Below are positions 1 through 7,956 of a DNA stretch of 55,205 nucleotides, piece after piece; the stretch's first letter is position 1, and every line of letters begins with the position of its first letter. Origin of the DNA: a virus (Duplodnaviria > Caudoviricetes); the IMG/VR virus record IMGVR_UViG_3300003660_000066, positions 1 through 55,205 of that record; one strand, given 5' to 3'. Under the pieces are notes generated by a model, which made no database searches, had not been told where the DNA came from, and worked only from the letters and a program-made list of their open reading frames with translations. The translations under genes and the position numbers were made by a program.

Positions 1-4
1 GCCC

Positions 5-334
5 CTATGAGCAGACCCAGACCCAGCCGCCGGGAATCGGTCGCCAGCAGCGGCCTACGCCGTAGGGATACCAACGGCCGCCCCAGTAGCGCCCGCGTCC
101 CCAGCCGCGATGGCCCCAACCTCTGCGACCATGGTCCCACCCGCCGCCACGCCGCCAGCCGCCGCCTCGACCGTCCCATCCGCCTTTGCGGCCGCCATCC
201 CAGCCGCCGTCCCGATGACTGCCTCGTCCATGCCCGCCGCCTCCGCCGTGTCCGCCGCCGCGCCCTGCGAGAACAGTCGACGGAAGCGCCAAGGCGCCGA
301 GCAATGCGAGCAAAATAGTCAGTCTGCGAAGCAT
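5..334 (-). CDS. Host Gly/Trp/Arg-rich exported protein
   Basis: Start moved to MLRRLTILLALLGALALPSTVLA (signal peptide-like). GGW/GRG repeats; C-terminal CWRPIPGGWVWVC. Lies outside the att repeat. Confidence 0.7.
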   Translation of the reverse strand: MLRRLTILLALLGALALPSTVLAGRGGGHGGGGGHGRGSHRDGGWDGGRKGGWDGRGGGWRRGGGWDHGRRGWGHRGWGRGRYWGGRWYPYGVGRCWRPIPGGWVWVCS

Positions 335-521
335 TAGCTTCCTCCTATTGAATCGTAAGCAGAGCGCTATGGCGGCTGCTGGATGGCTGTCGGGTGGAAG
401 CAAGGTAACTACGTCACTTGTCTTGGACGGCAATTGACGAACGTCCGTTTTCTTTCAAACGGATCTGCGCGCGGCTCTGACGATTTTTCGGGCCGTCGAA
501 GCTCGAGATGTGCAGCTTGGG

Positions 522-570
522 TGGTGGGCCGGGCAGGACTCGAACCTGCAACCAGACCGTTATGAGCGGC
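522..570 (-). repeat. Left att core: duplicated 3' 49 bp of the tRNA
   Basis: tggtgggccgggcaggactcgaacctgcaaccagaccgttatgagcggc is identical to 52591-52639; flanking bases differ. Confidence 0.97.
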
Positions 571-675
571 TAGCAGCAAAATAAAATGCACGAAAAACAA
601 GGATTCTGCCTATAGAAACTGTCCGTTTGTTCCGGTTGGGTTCTATAGTTTCTGGCGCAATCCGGAGAATTGCAC

Positions 676-708
676 AAAAAAACCCCGCCGGCCGGAGCCT
701 ACGGGGTT
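676..708 (-). terminator. Rho-independent terminator of the late/lysis operon
   Basis: Minus strand AACCCCG-TAGGCTCCGGCCGG-CGGGGTT followed by a T run, ~70 nt after the last late gene. Confidence 0.75.
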
Positions 709-779
709 CATGAGCCGCTCTCGTCAGAAGAACGGCGGAGGCGGACCGCGCGTGCGGCCGCTAACATCTCTTGACGCGC

Positions 780-1211
780 TCACTCCGGCGGCAGCGTCTT
801 GAAGCCTGGAAGACGGATCGCCGACAGCACGAATTTCACCCGCTTGGTGAACCAGGCGCAGGCGTCGAGCCCGACGACGCCGAGCGTGAAGCCGGTCAGG
901 CCTGGAATCGCGTCGGCGGGGATCAGCGCCGGGTCCGCCCCGAGCTGCTGATAGACCCAGACGACGCCGACCTGCATCAGCGGCGCGAAGATCGGCGTCG
1001 CGACCCAGGAGAAGGCCCCGCCGACGAGCGCGGCGACGATGCGATCTGGCCAGGTTCCGGCGATCAGCAGCGCCGAGACGCTCGCGCCGGCGACGACGGC
1101 GATCGGCGCCGCCACATGATAGGATTCATTCGGCATAAAGCGCTGCGCCCCCTTCAGCGTCGAGTGGGCGGCCGATACGCGGGCGCGCCAGTCTTGATTC
1201 ACGGTCATCAC
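780..1211 (-). CDS. Multi-pass membrane protein, holin/antiholin candidate
   Basis: Several hydrophobic segments and a basic C-terminus; ATGA overlap with the upstream lipoprotein; last gene of the lysis cassette. Confidence 0.6.
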   Translation of the reverse strand: MMTVNQDWRARVSAAHSTLKGAQRFMPNESYHVAAPIAVVAGASVSALLIAGTWPDRIVAALVGGAFSWVATPIFAPLMQVGVVWVYQQLGADPALIPADAIPGLTGFTLGVVGLDACAWFTKRVKFVLSAIRLPGFKTLPPE

Positions 1212-1549
1212 GACAACGCCTTACGTTTTGCCGGCTTGCCCCGCCTGCAGATCAAGGTCTCCGCGTCGAAGCGATCGAGGCGGTCGACGATCGCCACGGC
1301 GTCAGTATCCTCGGCAAGCCGCAGCACGAAAGCGGCGGCTTGCTCGCGCTCCGCATTCGTCAGGGGCGCCGGACAGGCGCGCGCGATCTTCTCCAGGATG
1401 ATCGCCTTGCGCTGCGCCGGCGGCGCGTCATGGATCTGGCCCAGCACCGCCTTCGGATCGAATCCGCTCTCGCAAGCGCTCAGCGATATCGCGAGCGCTC
1501 CCGCCGCGAGCAACCTGACTGCGTTCATCGGCAATCTCGGCAATGACAT
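1208..1549 (-). CDS. Lipoprotein, putative o-spanin (Rz1-like)
   Basis: MSLPRLPMNAVRLLAAGALAISLSAC lipobox (start may be 1528); overlaps the 3' end of the i-spanin candidate in another frame. Confidence 0.65.
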   Translation of the reverse strand: MSLPRLPMNAVRLLAAGALAISLSACESGFDPKAVLGQIHDAPPAQRKAIILEKIARACPAPLTNAEREQAAAFVLRLAEDTDAVAIVDRLDRFDAETLICRRGKPAKRKALS

Positions 1550-1718
1550 CGGTCGTCTCCGCTTCGGCTTCGGATGCGGCGCTCTTGCGAATGGCGTCGT
1601 CGCGCTCCCCGTCCTGCCGTTTCGTCCGAAGCGCCGAAAGCAGCGGAGAGAGGAGCGCGGTGAGAAGCGGCGCCACAAACTGGGCGACGCTCCTCAACCA
1701 CGCCGGGAGGGCGATCAT
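1428..1718 (-). CDS. Putative i-spanin (Rz-like)
   Basis: TGATG-coupled start MIALPAWLRSV; N-terminal hydrophobic helix followed by a charged helical domain. Confidence 0.6.
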   Translation of the reverse strand: MIALPAWLRSVAQFVAPLLTALLSPLLSALRTKRQDGERDDAIRKSAASEAEAETTDVIAEIADERSQVARGGSARDIAERLRERIRSEGGAGPDP

Positions 1719-2107
1719 CAGACCTTGCGTTCGTTCTTGGCGTTGCCGAAGTTCGCCGCGAGAATGTTGAGCACGGTGCGCAGCATGTCCCACGCGCCGC
1801 CGGTCTGGCCCTGCGGCAGGATCGCCATGGCGAGGCCGATGAGCCAGGCAATCGCCGCCGGCGTGCTGACATAGGCCCAGACATTGGCGAACCAGCCGGA
1901 GTCGGCGAGGCCGGCCGGCGCTTCATTCGCCAGCGCGGCGAAAGGCGAGACAATCGAGAGCGTGAATAGGAGCGCAAGATAGCCGGCCATGCGGCGCAGC
2001 CGCGGCGCGGGGCGGGCGCGCAGCATGGGGATGTAGCGCGTGAGCTCGGCGACGACGAAAAGCGCCAGCGCCAGAACGAGCAGCGCCGTAACGAGAGACA
2101 TAAGCAT
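1718..2107 (-). CDS. Membrane protein, holin candidate
   Basis: AAGGA RBS; about three hydrophobic segments; C-terminal LNILAANFGNAKN; upstream of the spanins. Confidence 0.6.
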   Translation of the reverse strand: MLMSLVTALLVLALALFVVAELTRYIPMLRARPAPRLRRMAGYLALLFTLSIVSPFAALANEAPAGLADSGWFANVWAYVSTPAAIAWLIGLAMAILPQGQTGGAWDMLRTVLNILAANFGNAKNERKV

Positions 2108-2197
2108 CAGGGAATATCCTTCTTTGGTTATGCGTCCGCCGGCGCTCATCGAACGCCGGCGCGCAAGGGTTTGACGTTTCGAGCTTGGCGCGGGCGC

Positions 2198-2491
2198 TTA
2201 GACCGCCGCGCCGTCGACCGACGCTTCGCCGGACGTCTCGGCTTCAGCCGCAGCCGCAGCCTCAGCCGGCTTGTCGAGATCCATGCTGTCGGCATAGGCG
2301 TTCATCTCGCCGAGCAGCGCCTGCAGGCCTTCGCTGACCGGCGGGGCGACGGTCGTCGCGGGCGCGGCGGCCGCGGCCGCGAGGTCTTCCTGGAACTTGC
2401 GCTCGAGCGCTTCGGTCTTCACGCGGATGAATTCGGCGGTCTCGCTCTTGATGCGCACGAATGCGGCGCGCAGATCGTCGTCGATGGCCAT
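2198..2491 (-). CDS. Acidic Ala-rich hypothetical protein
   Basis: AGGAG RBS before MAIDDDLRAAF; contains the EMNAYAD motif. Confidence 0.7.
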   Translation of the reverse strand: MAIDDDLRAAFVRIKSETAEFIRVKTEALERKFQEDLAAAAAAPATTVAPPVSEGLQALLGEMNAYADSMDLDKPAEAAAAAEAETSGEASVDGAAV

Positions 2492-2585
2492 TGTCTTGCT
2501 CCTGGGGGATTTGCCGCAGAGGCCGCCGCGGCGCGGATCGTCTCCGGGCCCATCGCCGGAGAGAATTTCGGTTGGACGCCGCCGG

Positions 2586-2765
2586 TCAGCGCCGCTCATT
2601 GACCATACGTCCGACGAGAGCGGCGGGAACCGCATTGCCGCGACGCCAGTCCATCGATGCGCCGACAAGCGATTGCTGGCCCATGCCAGCCGGGCCGCAG
2701 GCGGAAAGCGTCGCTGCGCCGAAGATGAGTGCTAGAATGGTCGCCGCGAAGATCAGCGCGCGCAT
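2586..2765 (-). CDS. 59-aa lipoprotein-like microprotein
   Basis: MRALIFAATILALIFGAATLSAC lipobox; TGATG coupling and GGAG RBS. Confidence 0.65.
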   Translation of the reverse strand: MRALIFAATILALIFGAATLSACGPAGMGQQSLVGASMDWRRGNAVPAALVGRMVNERR

Positions 2766-2842
2766 CACAGCGTCTCCATAAACAGCACGGCGAGCGCGCA
2801 TAGGAACAGCAGGCCGATAAATCCGAGCGCTATTTCCAGCAT
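2765..2842 (-). CDS. 25-aa single-TM microprotein
   Basis: MLEIALGFIGLLFLCALAVLFMETL; TGATG overlaps at both ends. Confidence 0.65.
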   Translation of the reverse strand: MLEIALGFIGLLFLCALAVLFMETL

Positions 2843-2925
2843 CAGCGGCGACACACGGCGATGACGGCGACGGCGAATAAAACGAGTGCAGAAAGCGCCA
2901 CGCAGACGAATTCGATAATGATCAT
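2842..2925 (-). CDS. 27-aa single-TM microprotein
   Basis: MIIIEFVCVALSALVLFAVAVIAVCRR; AGGAGG RBS overlapping the previous TAG. Confidence 0.7.
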   Translation of the reverse strand: MIIIEFVCVALSALVLFAVAVIAVCRR

Positions 2926-2934
2926 TTGCGCCTC

Positions 2935-3036
2935 CTAAAGCCGCAGAATCCAGACGAGGCCACAGACGACCATGACGCCGACGAGCGCCGTGCAGAGCGC
3001 GGCGACTCTGCGGGCGATCGTCTCAGGCGCGGGCAT
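2935..3036 (-). CDS. 33-aa single-TM microprotein
   Basis: MPAPETIARRVAALCTALVGVMVVCGLVWILRL; starts inside the preceding micro-ORF. Confidence 0.55.
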   Translation of the reverse strand: MPAPETIARRVAALCTALVGVMVVCGLVWILRL

Positions 3037-3136
3037 TGCGAAGCTTCTCGATTGCGACGCTGACAAGCGCGAGGATAACGCCGAGCGGCGCGCCGAGCGC
3101 GACGGCGCTGGCGTCATAGAGCGCTCGGCGGATCAT
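3023..3136 (-). CDS. 37-aa single-TM microprotein
   Basis: MIRRALYDASAVALGAPLGVILALVSVAIEKLRNARA; ATGA overlap with the endolysin stop. Confidence 0.6.
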   Translation of the reverse strand: MIRRALYDASAVALGAPLGVILALVSVAIEKLRNARA

Positions 3137-3648
3137 CGGAGCCGCGCAAACTGGAAATGCATGCCGTCGCAGGCGCGCTCGTCGAGACTGTCGCCGTCGC
3201 CGTCCCAGTCGCCGCCCCAGACGCCGCCGAGCGCGAGGAAAGGCTTCACCACCTGCTCGCGCAGCGTCGCGAAATGCGGCGTGCGGTCATATTGGCCGTT
3301 GCGCGGGGCATCGAAATCCACGGCGCACCCGTAGGAGTGCATAGAGAGCGCCGAGCCGCCGCGCATGACGCGGTAGTTGTAGGCGCCGGCATAATTATCC
3401 ATGCCCCAGTCTTTGATGACCTTGCGGTCCCTGCCGGCGTTCGCCCACACCGCTTCGAGCCATGTCATGAACGGGTCGTAGCACTTCTTGTGAACGCGCA
3501 TCTTCGCCGGCTTGCCGACAAAGAAGATCGGGAACGGCGGGACGAGCAGCGTGAGGCTCTTGACCTCCCAAGATGCGTTCGCCTGGCCGTTGCGCCCGCG
3601 AGGGTCGCCGTAAAAAGTCGCGCAGTCGCGTTGAAGCGGCCAATTCAT
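3133..3648 (-). CDS. Endolysin, peptidase M15 family
   Basis: YNYR...SMHSYGCAVDFD (SxHxxGxAxD) and DGMHFQ zinc-ligand motifs; AAGGAG RBS. Confidence 0.88.
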   Translation of the reverse strand: MNWPLQRDCATFYGDPRGRNGQANASWEVKSLTLLVPPFPIFFVGKPAKMRVHKKCYDPFMTWLEAVWANAGRDRKVIKDWGMDNYAGAYNYRVMRGGSALSMHSYGCAVDFDAPRNGQYDRTPHFATLREQVVKPFLALGGVWGGDWDGDGDSLDERACDGMHFQFARLR

Positions 3649-3696
3649 TGGCGCATCTCCTTTGTGGTTCGAAGGCGTTTGGTTGGGGGAGTCAGC

Positions 3697-3786
3697 TCAG
3701 CGCAACAGCGCGTCGAGCAGCGTCGCCGCGAAGAACATCGCCGCCATAAGTCCGAGCGTCATCAAGGCAAGGCGTATCCGAACCAT
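3697..3786 (-). CDS. 29-aa single-TM microprotein
   Basis: MVRIRLALMTLGLMAAMFFAATLLDALLR; GAGGGG RBS. Confidence 0.6.
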   Translation of the reverse strand: MVRIRLALMTLGLMAAMFFAATLLDALLR

Positions 3787-3800
3787 CCCCTCGATGAGGC

Positions 3801-3953
3801 TCAGCGGTTTGCCTTGACCCAGTCGGCGGCAACCCCAAGACCGACGCCGAGCAGAGCAGTCACGACGACCAGCATCAGCCCCATGTCGGTTCCGGGGCCC
3901 AGGAGGGCCAGAGCAGCAAACGCAAGGCAGCCCATCGCCACGTTCATCGCCAT
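3801..3953 (-). CDS. 50-aa two-TM microprotein
   Basis: MAMNVAMGCLAFAALALLGPGTDMGLMLVVVTALLGVGLGVAADWVKANR; GGAGGGTAAGGA upstream. Confidence 0.7.
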   Translation of the reverse strand: MAMNVAMGCLAFAALALLGPGTDMGLMLVVVTALLGVGLGVAADWVKANR

Positions 3954-3958
3954 TTTCC

Positions 3959-4066
3959 TTACCCTCCGAAGATGACAAGAGCGGTTTTGACGTAGAAGAA
4001 CAGCACGCCGATGCTCACGGCGCCGAAAACGAGCTTGAAAGCCAGATCAAGTTCATCTGGCGTCAT
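3959..4066 (-). CDS. 35-aa single-TM microprotein
   Basis: MTPDELDLAFKLVFGAVSIGVLFFYVKTALVIFGG; ATGA overlap. Confidence 0.65.
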   Translation of the reverse strand: MTPDELDLAFKLVFGAVSIGVLFFYVKTALVIFGG

Positions 4067-4197
4067 TCTTCCGACCAATGTTTCCCATAACGCCCGGAGT
4101 CGCCATCGCGATTGACCATGAACCGCCAGCGAACGAAGCGCACAAGCATGCGCAGCGACGCGCACAGACCGATCGCGGCGAGCGCATAGATGATCAT
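4063..4197 (-). CDS. 44-aa N-terminal-TM microprotein
   Basis: MIIYALAAIGLCASLRMLVRFVRWRFMVNRDGDSGRYGKHWSEE; ATGA overlaps at both ends; GAGG RBS. Confidence 0.65.
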   Translation of the reverse strand: MIIYALAAIGLCASLRMLVRFVRWRFMVNRDGDSGRYGKHWSEE

Positions 4198-4283
4198 GGG
4201 AGCCGCCTCAGTTCGATCAGGAAACGCGCCAGAGTCATGACGACGGCGACCCAGAACAGCGCCCGGAACAGAGGCGCGCGCAT
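4194..4283 (-). CDS. 29-aa single-TM microprotein
   Basis: MRAPLFRALFWVAVVMTLARFLIELRRLP; weak RBS, stop coupled to the next ATG. Confidence 0.55.
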   Translation of the reverse strand: MRAPLFRALFWVAVVMTLARFLIELRRLP

Positions 4284-4305
4284 GTCACAGGCTCGCGCAG
4301 AAACG

Positions 4306-4410
4306 TCAGGACCGATTGACGAACAACCAGATGAAGAGATCAGGCGCGAGCCAAGATGCGAGGGCGAGCGCCGCGATGGCGCCGGCGACGATGATGAGAG
4401 CCGCTTTCAT
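4306..4410 (-). CDS. 34-aa single-TM microprotein
   Basis: MKAALIIVAGAIAALALASWLAPDLFIWLFVNRS; GAGAGGA RBS. Confidence 0.7.
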   Translation of the reverse strand: MKAALIIVAGAIAALALASWLAPDLFIWLFVNRS

Positions 4411-4458
4411 TTGGAAGTCCTCTCAGTTGAATCGCGTCACGCGTGCTGCGGGGCATTG

Positions 4459-4677
4459 TCATTTCGCAGCCTGCTTTGGTTTAATCTGGGTATTGATTTT
4501 CTCGACGATCGCCGCAGCCTCTATTCGACTGCGCTCAGCCTGCAGTAGCAGTTGCAACTCTCCGAGCGTCAATGTCACAGGCTGGTTGGGATCTGGAGGG
4601 AGCGGCTTCTGCTCTTCCGCCAATGCTGGCATGCATGACGCTATTATAGCGAGCGCGATTATTGCTGGACGCATCAT
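4459..4677 (-). CDS. Small exported protein
   Basis: Signal peptide ending ALA, then a short helical domain; AGGAG RBS. Confidence 0.7.
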   Translation of the reverse strand: MMRPAIIALAIIASCMPALAEEQKPLPPDPNQPVTLTLGELQLLLQAERSRIEAAAIVEKINTQIKPKQAAK

Positions 4678-4682
4678 TGCTC

Positions 4683-6434
4683 CTACGGTTCAATCGCGAT
4701 TTGCTGTGCCGCCCCTGTCGCGAACAATATTGAGCAGCGCGTTTTTCCGGCCCCGTTGTCGTCGCAGTAGAGTCGCGCGCCATTGGCCGCTGGGGCGGCA
4801 GGGGGCGTCATTTCAGCAACATCAAAATAGTTGCCCAAAAAAATGTTACGCAGCGGAAGGGCCGCGCTCCCGACGTCATATGACGATGCTGCGCCAGGCA
4901 GCATGTGACCAAGATTGGTAATCTCCCATCTCTTCGTGCCATTTGAGACGGCATTGGTCGAAGCCGTGTAAAGCGATATGCCAGTCGAAGCGGTGAGGGA
5001 CGCCGTCCCCCCGCCGATAAAAATATCGTTGTTTGTGCTTGAATTTGATCCAAATATTAGCGCGGTTGGATTGGTCGCGTTGGTATAGTGAGCGACTGAA
5101 ATGATACCCGTCTTTGTCGTAGCATCAGATAGTGTGTTGCTTAGTTTCACATATGTCGACAGCACATTGAGAGTATTTAATGATGCGAATAACGACGCGT
5201 CTCGCGCGTCGGCGCTGCTCAGCCAACGAATTTCCATTGGCCGCGCCAACTCAACCGCCACGCCACCGCCGCTCTCTCCTTGAGAGGTGTCGAGAGAATA
5301 GGGATTCGCATAAACTATTATTCCTTTTTTAAATTTAGTTCCGGTTGCCGCAGATGCGCCGATATATAGAGCCGCGGTAATGTTGTGCGTCGCTATGGAG
5401 GAGAAAACGCCTGGCGACAGTCCAAGAGAATAGGCCGTGTTTCCGACGACGCCGCCATATGGCGTTGTGTTGGCCGTCTCCACCAATGATCCGACGTCGA
5501 GTTGATTTAGCGTGATGCCGGTTGCTACGGCCTGAACGCCTTGTCCGCAAATCGGACAAGCAATGGCGCCGCCTAGGGCGTCGTCGTTAACGGCGAGGCC
5601 GGTTACGCCCTGAGACCCTCCGGATGGGCTACCGGGAACCCACGTCCTGAAATCACTGGTGCGAGAAGCGCCGGTAACCGCAAGGCCGCCGATCGCGGAA
5701 GTCGCAGATAATTGGGATATAGCATTCCAGTTCGGAATATATGTATCTGTCCAAATAGCGGAGGTGTCAGGGCGATCGCCGCTTGTCAGCGCGGACGCGC
5801 CGACGAGAATTCTGTTAAATCGAGAAACCTTGCCACTGGCGGAATTTCCAAAAAAATTCGTTTGATGAAACTTTTCTGCGGAACCTATGACTGTTGTTGC
5901 GTCCGTCCACGGCTGATTGGTGGGTAGGCGGGCGATATCAAGCGTGCCTGAAAGATCGGCGGCCGGAATCGTGCTCGACGCGGTTGGATCACCGCCGACG
6001 CCATTGGCCTTGACATAGCCGGTCAGCGGCAAGCGCGGAACGACGGTGAATATCTTCTGCGCCGCAAAGGTGCTTGCGGTGTCATTGCGCGTGACGATGC
6101 CAGGAAGGCGCGCGGCGTTGAGCGTGCCACTCGTCAGAAGGCTAGCGTCGGTTGTGCCGGCAGCGACCTCACAGGTCGCTGGGCTCGCGCCATTCGCCTT
6201 CCAGAAGCAATTGGAGTTCGTCGACAGGATCGGGATGAAACTGTCGGCGACGTCCTGGAATGAATTATTGACGTCAGGCGCGGTGACGAGCTTCTTGCCG
6301 TTCGCCGGGAATTTCGACGCGCTCTCCGCCTTGATCGTCCCCGGCGTCTTCTGCGCGGCGAGGACCGGCGCGGAGAGAGCAACCGCAAGAATAGCGAGCG
6401 CGACGGAGGCGGAACGGACAATCTGTTTCAGCAT
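4683..6434 (-). CDS. Tail-fibre/adhesin-like protein with an N-terminal signal-peptide-like sequence
   Basis: G/S/T-rich; DASLLTSGTLNAARLP and PGAASSYDVGSAALPLRNIF fibre-type motifs; lower-GC central part. Confidence 0.6.
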   Translation of the reverse strand: MLKQIVRSASVALAILAVALSAPVLAAQKTPGTIKAESASKFPANGKKLVTAPDVNNSFQDVADSFIPILSTNSNCFWKANGASPATCEVAAGTTDASLLTSGTLNAARLPGIVTRNDTASTFAAQKIFTVVPRLPLTGYVKANGVGGDPTASSTIPAADLSGTLDIARLPTNQPWTDATTVIGSAEKFHQTNFFGNSASGKVSRFNRILVGASALTSGDRPDTSAIWTDTYIPNWNAISQLSATSAIGGLAVTGASRTSDFRTWVPGSPSGGSQGVTGLAVNDDALGGAIACPICGQGVQAVATGITLNQLDVGSLVETANTTPYGGVVGNTAYSLGLSPGVFSSIATHNITAALYIGASAATGTKFKKGIIVYANPYSLDTSQGESGGGVAVELARPMEIRWLSSADARDASLFASLNTLNVLSTYVKLSNTLSDATTKTGIISVAHYTNATNPTALIFGSNSSTNNDIFIGGGTASLTASTGISLYTASTNAVSNGTKRWEITNLGHMLPGAASSYDVGSAALPLRNIFLGNYFDVAEMTPPAAPAANGARLYCDDNGAGKTRCSILFATGAAQQIAIEP

Positions 6435-6459
6435 ATGGATTTCCTTGCGGAGCGTTTTT

Positions 6460-6491
6460 CGTGGATGGCCGGGACAAGCCCGGCCATGACG
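6460..6491. repeat. Alphaproteobacterial REP/RPE-like palindrome
   Basis: CGTGGATGGCCGGGACAAGCCCGGCCATGACG; related copies at 37132-37163 and 37186-37217. Confidence 0.8.
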
Positions 6492-6516
6492 TAGGGAAGA
6501 GTTGGGCGAGACCGCC

Positions 6517-7953
6517 CTACATCATGAAGGAGAAGCGCAGGCCGGTGGCGCCGCCATACCAGGTGGTCGTGGTGACGCCGGCGCCGTTCTCGAGCAGCTG
6601 CACGAAGTGCTTGCCGAACACATTGCCGGCAAGCCGCGCGGTCATTCCGATCTTGAAGCTGGCCCCGCCGCAGGTGACAAGGCCGGTCTGCCCGCTCGGG
6701 CTGCTGGTGGAATCGAGGCCGACGCCGGACTCGCCGTCGCCGGACGCGCCGTTCTGGCCAAGCGCCGTCGACCCTTCGGCATTAAAGAAATCTTCCGAAG
6801 CGCCGGAAACGAAGGTCGCGCGATTCGCGTTGGAATTGTTGGCAGCGCGCCAGGCGTTCGTGCTGTAGTCCCATGACGCCGTGGAATCGACGGTGAGCGA
6901 GTCGATCCGCACGCGATTGTAGGCGTTCCAGACGCCGAGGATCGCGGCGCCGCCGCCCGCAGCCGAGGAGCCAAGCACCCAGTTGAATTTGCTCGCGCCG
7001 TCCGACATCACCGTTCCGACCCATGTGCCGCGCCCGGCGGCGGGCCCGTTGGTGATCGCCGAATTGTTCGTCCAGATCCCGCCGTTGCGGGTCAGCGTGT
7101 AGCCGCGCGTCGTGTCATTCGTCCATGCGGGCCCGCGCGAGACGCGCAGCGTGCCGGCATCGTCCCAGACGAAGACGTCATAGACCTTGTCGGCCGCGAC
7201 GGCCGCCGGGCTCTTGGTCGCGTCGGTCGCCGCCTGCGACAACTCGGCGAAGGCCTTGTAGACGATCTTGACGCTATCCCAGAGCGGGATGCGGTCGCCG
7301 AGATAGGGCGTGTAGTAGAGCGTTCCGGCGGCGGAGACTGTCGCGTTCATCGCCGGAACGCCGGTCGCCAGCGTCAGCCGTCCCTGCGGCAGGCAGAGCG
7401 GCAGTTCCGATTGCGTCAGATCGTTGTAGGAGCCGGAGACGGCGACCGCATGCAGGCCCAGCGCGGTGCGCTGCTCCTCATCGTCTTCCGCCGTCAGCAG
7501 CGTGCGGCCGGCGGCGGTCGAATCAGAAATATCAGCGGCGAGCAGAACGTCGTTGCGGATCTTCCGCCACGCGCCGTCGAGAAAGACGGCGAGATCATTG
7601 ACGCGCCAGCCCGACTTGCCGTCGAGCGTCGTCGCGCCCGCCGTGCCGACGCGGAACACATAGCCGTTTGTGCCGACGCCGGAGGCGAGCGTTGGACTGT
7701 TGCTCGAGGCGTTCCAGGTCCCGGCCGGAAACAGCGCCCCCTCGGCCGAGACGACGCCGGGCACGAGGATCTCCCAGTCGCCGTCGACGCCTGGCGTCGC
7801 ATCGGTCTGGACATTGGCGACCCACAACCCGCCGCCGAAGGTGACGACCGCGCCCTGCGGATAAGCGCCGGCGACCCATGCGCCATAGGGCCTCAGACCC
7901 CATGCGTCCTTATTCGACGGGTCGTCGATCGCGATAACGATGTTGCCTGGCAT
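6517..7953 (-). CDS. Tail-fibre-like protein (paralogue 1)
   Basis: N-terminal W-x4-Y-x2-G-x-VV CBM5/12-like motif; GTWNASSNSPTL module; QGRLTLATGVP C-terminal domain; tail-distal position. Confidence 0.65.
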   Translation of the reverse strand: MPGNIVIAIDDPSNKDAWGLRPYGAWVAGAYPQGAVVTFGGGLWVANVQTDATPGVDGDWEILVPGVVSAEGALFPAGTWNASSNSPTLASGVGTNGYVFRVGTAGATTLDGKSGWRVNDLAVFLDGAWRKIRNDVLLAADISDSTAAGRTLLTAEDDEEQRTALGLHAVAVSGSYNDLTQSELPLCLPQGRLTLATGVPAMNATVSAAGTLYYTPYLGDRIPLWDSVKIVYKAFAELSQAATDATKSPAAVAADKVYDVFVWDDAGTLRVSRGPAWTNDTTRGYTLTRNGGIWTNNSAITNGPAAGRGTWVGTVMSDGASKFNWVLGSSAAGGGAAILGVWNAYNRVRIDSLTVDSTASWDYSTNAWRAANNSNANRATFVSGASEDFFNAEGSTALGQNGASGDGESGVGLDSTSSPSGQTGLVTCGGASFKIGMTARLAGNVFGKHFVQLLENGAGVTTTTWYGGATGLRFSFMM

Positions 7954-7956
7954 GGG

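Noticed and set aside
383-600. ORFs 383-565 and 409-600
   Set aside because: They are translations of the tRNA-derived att repeat, with no coding features.
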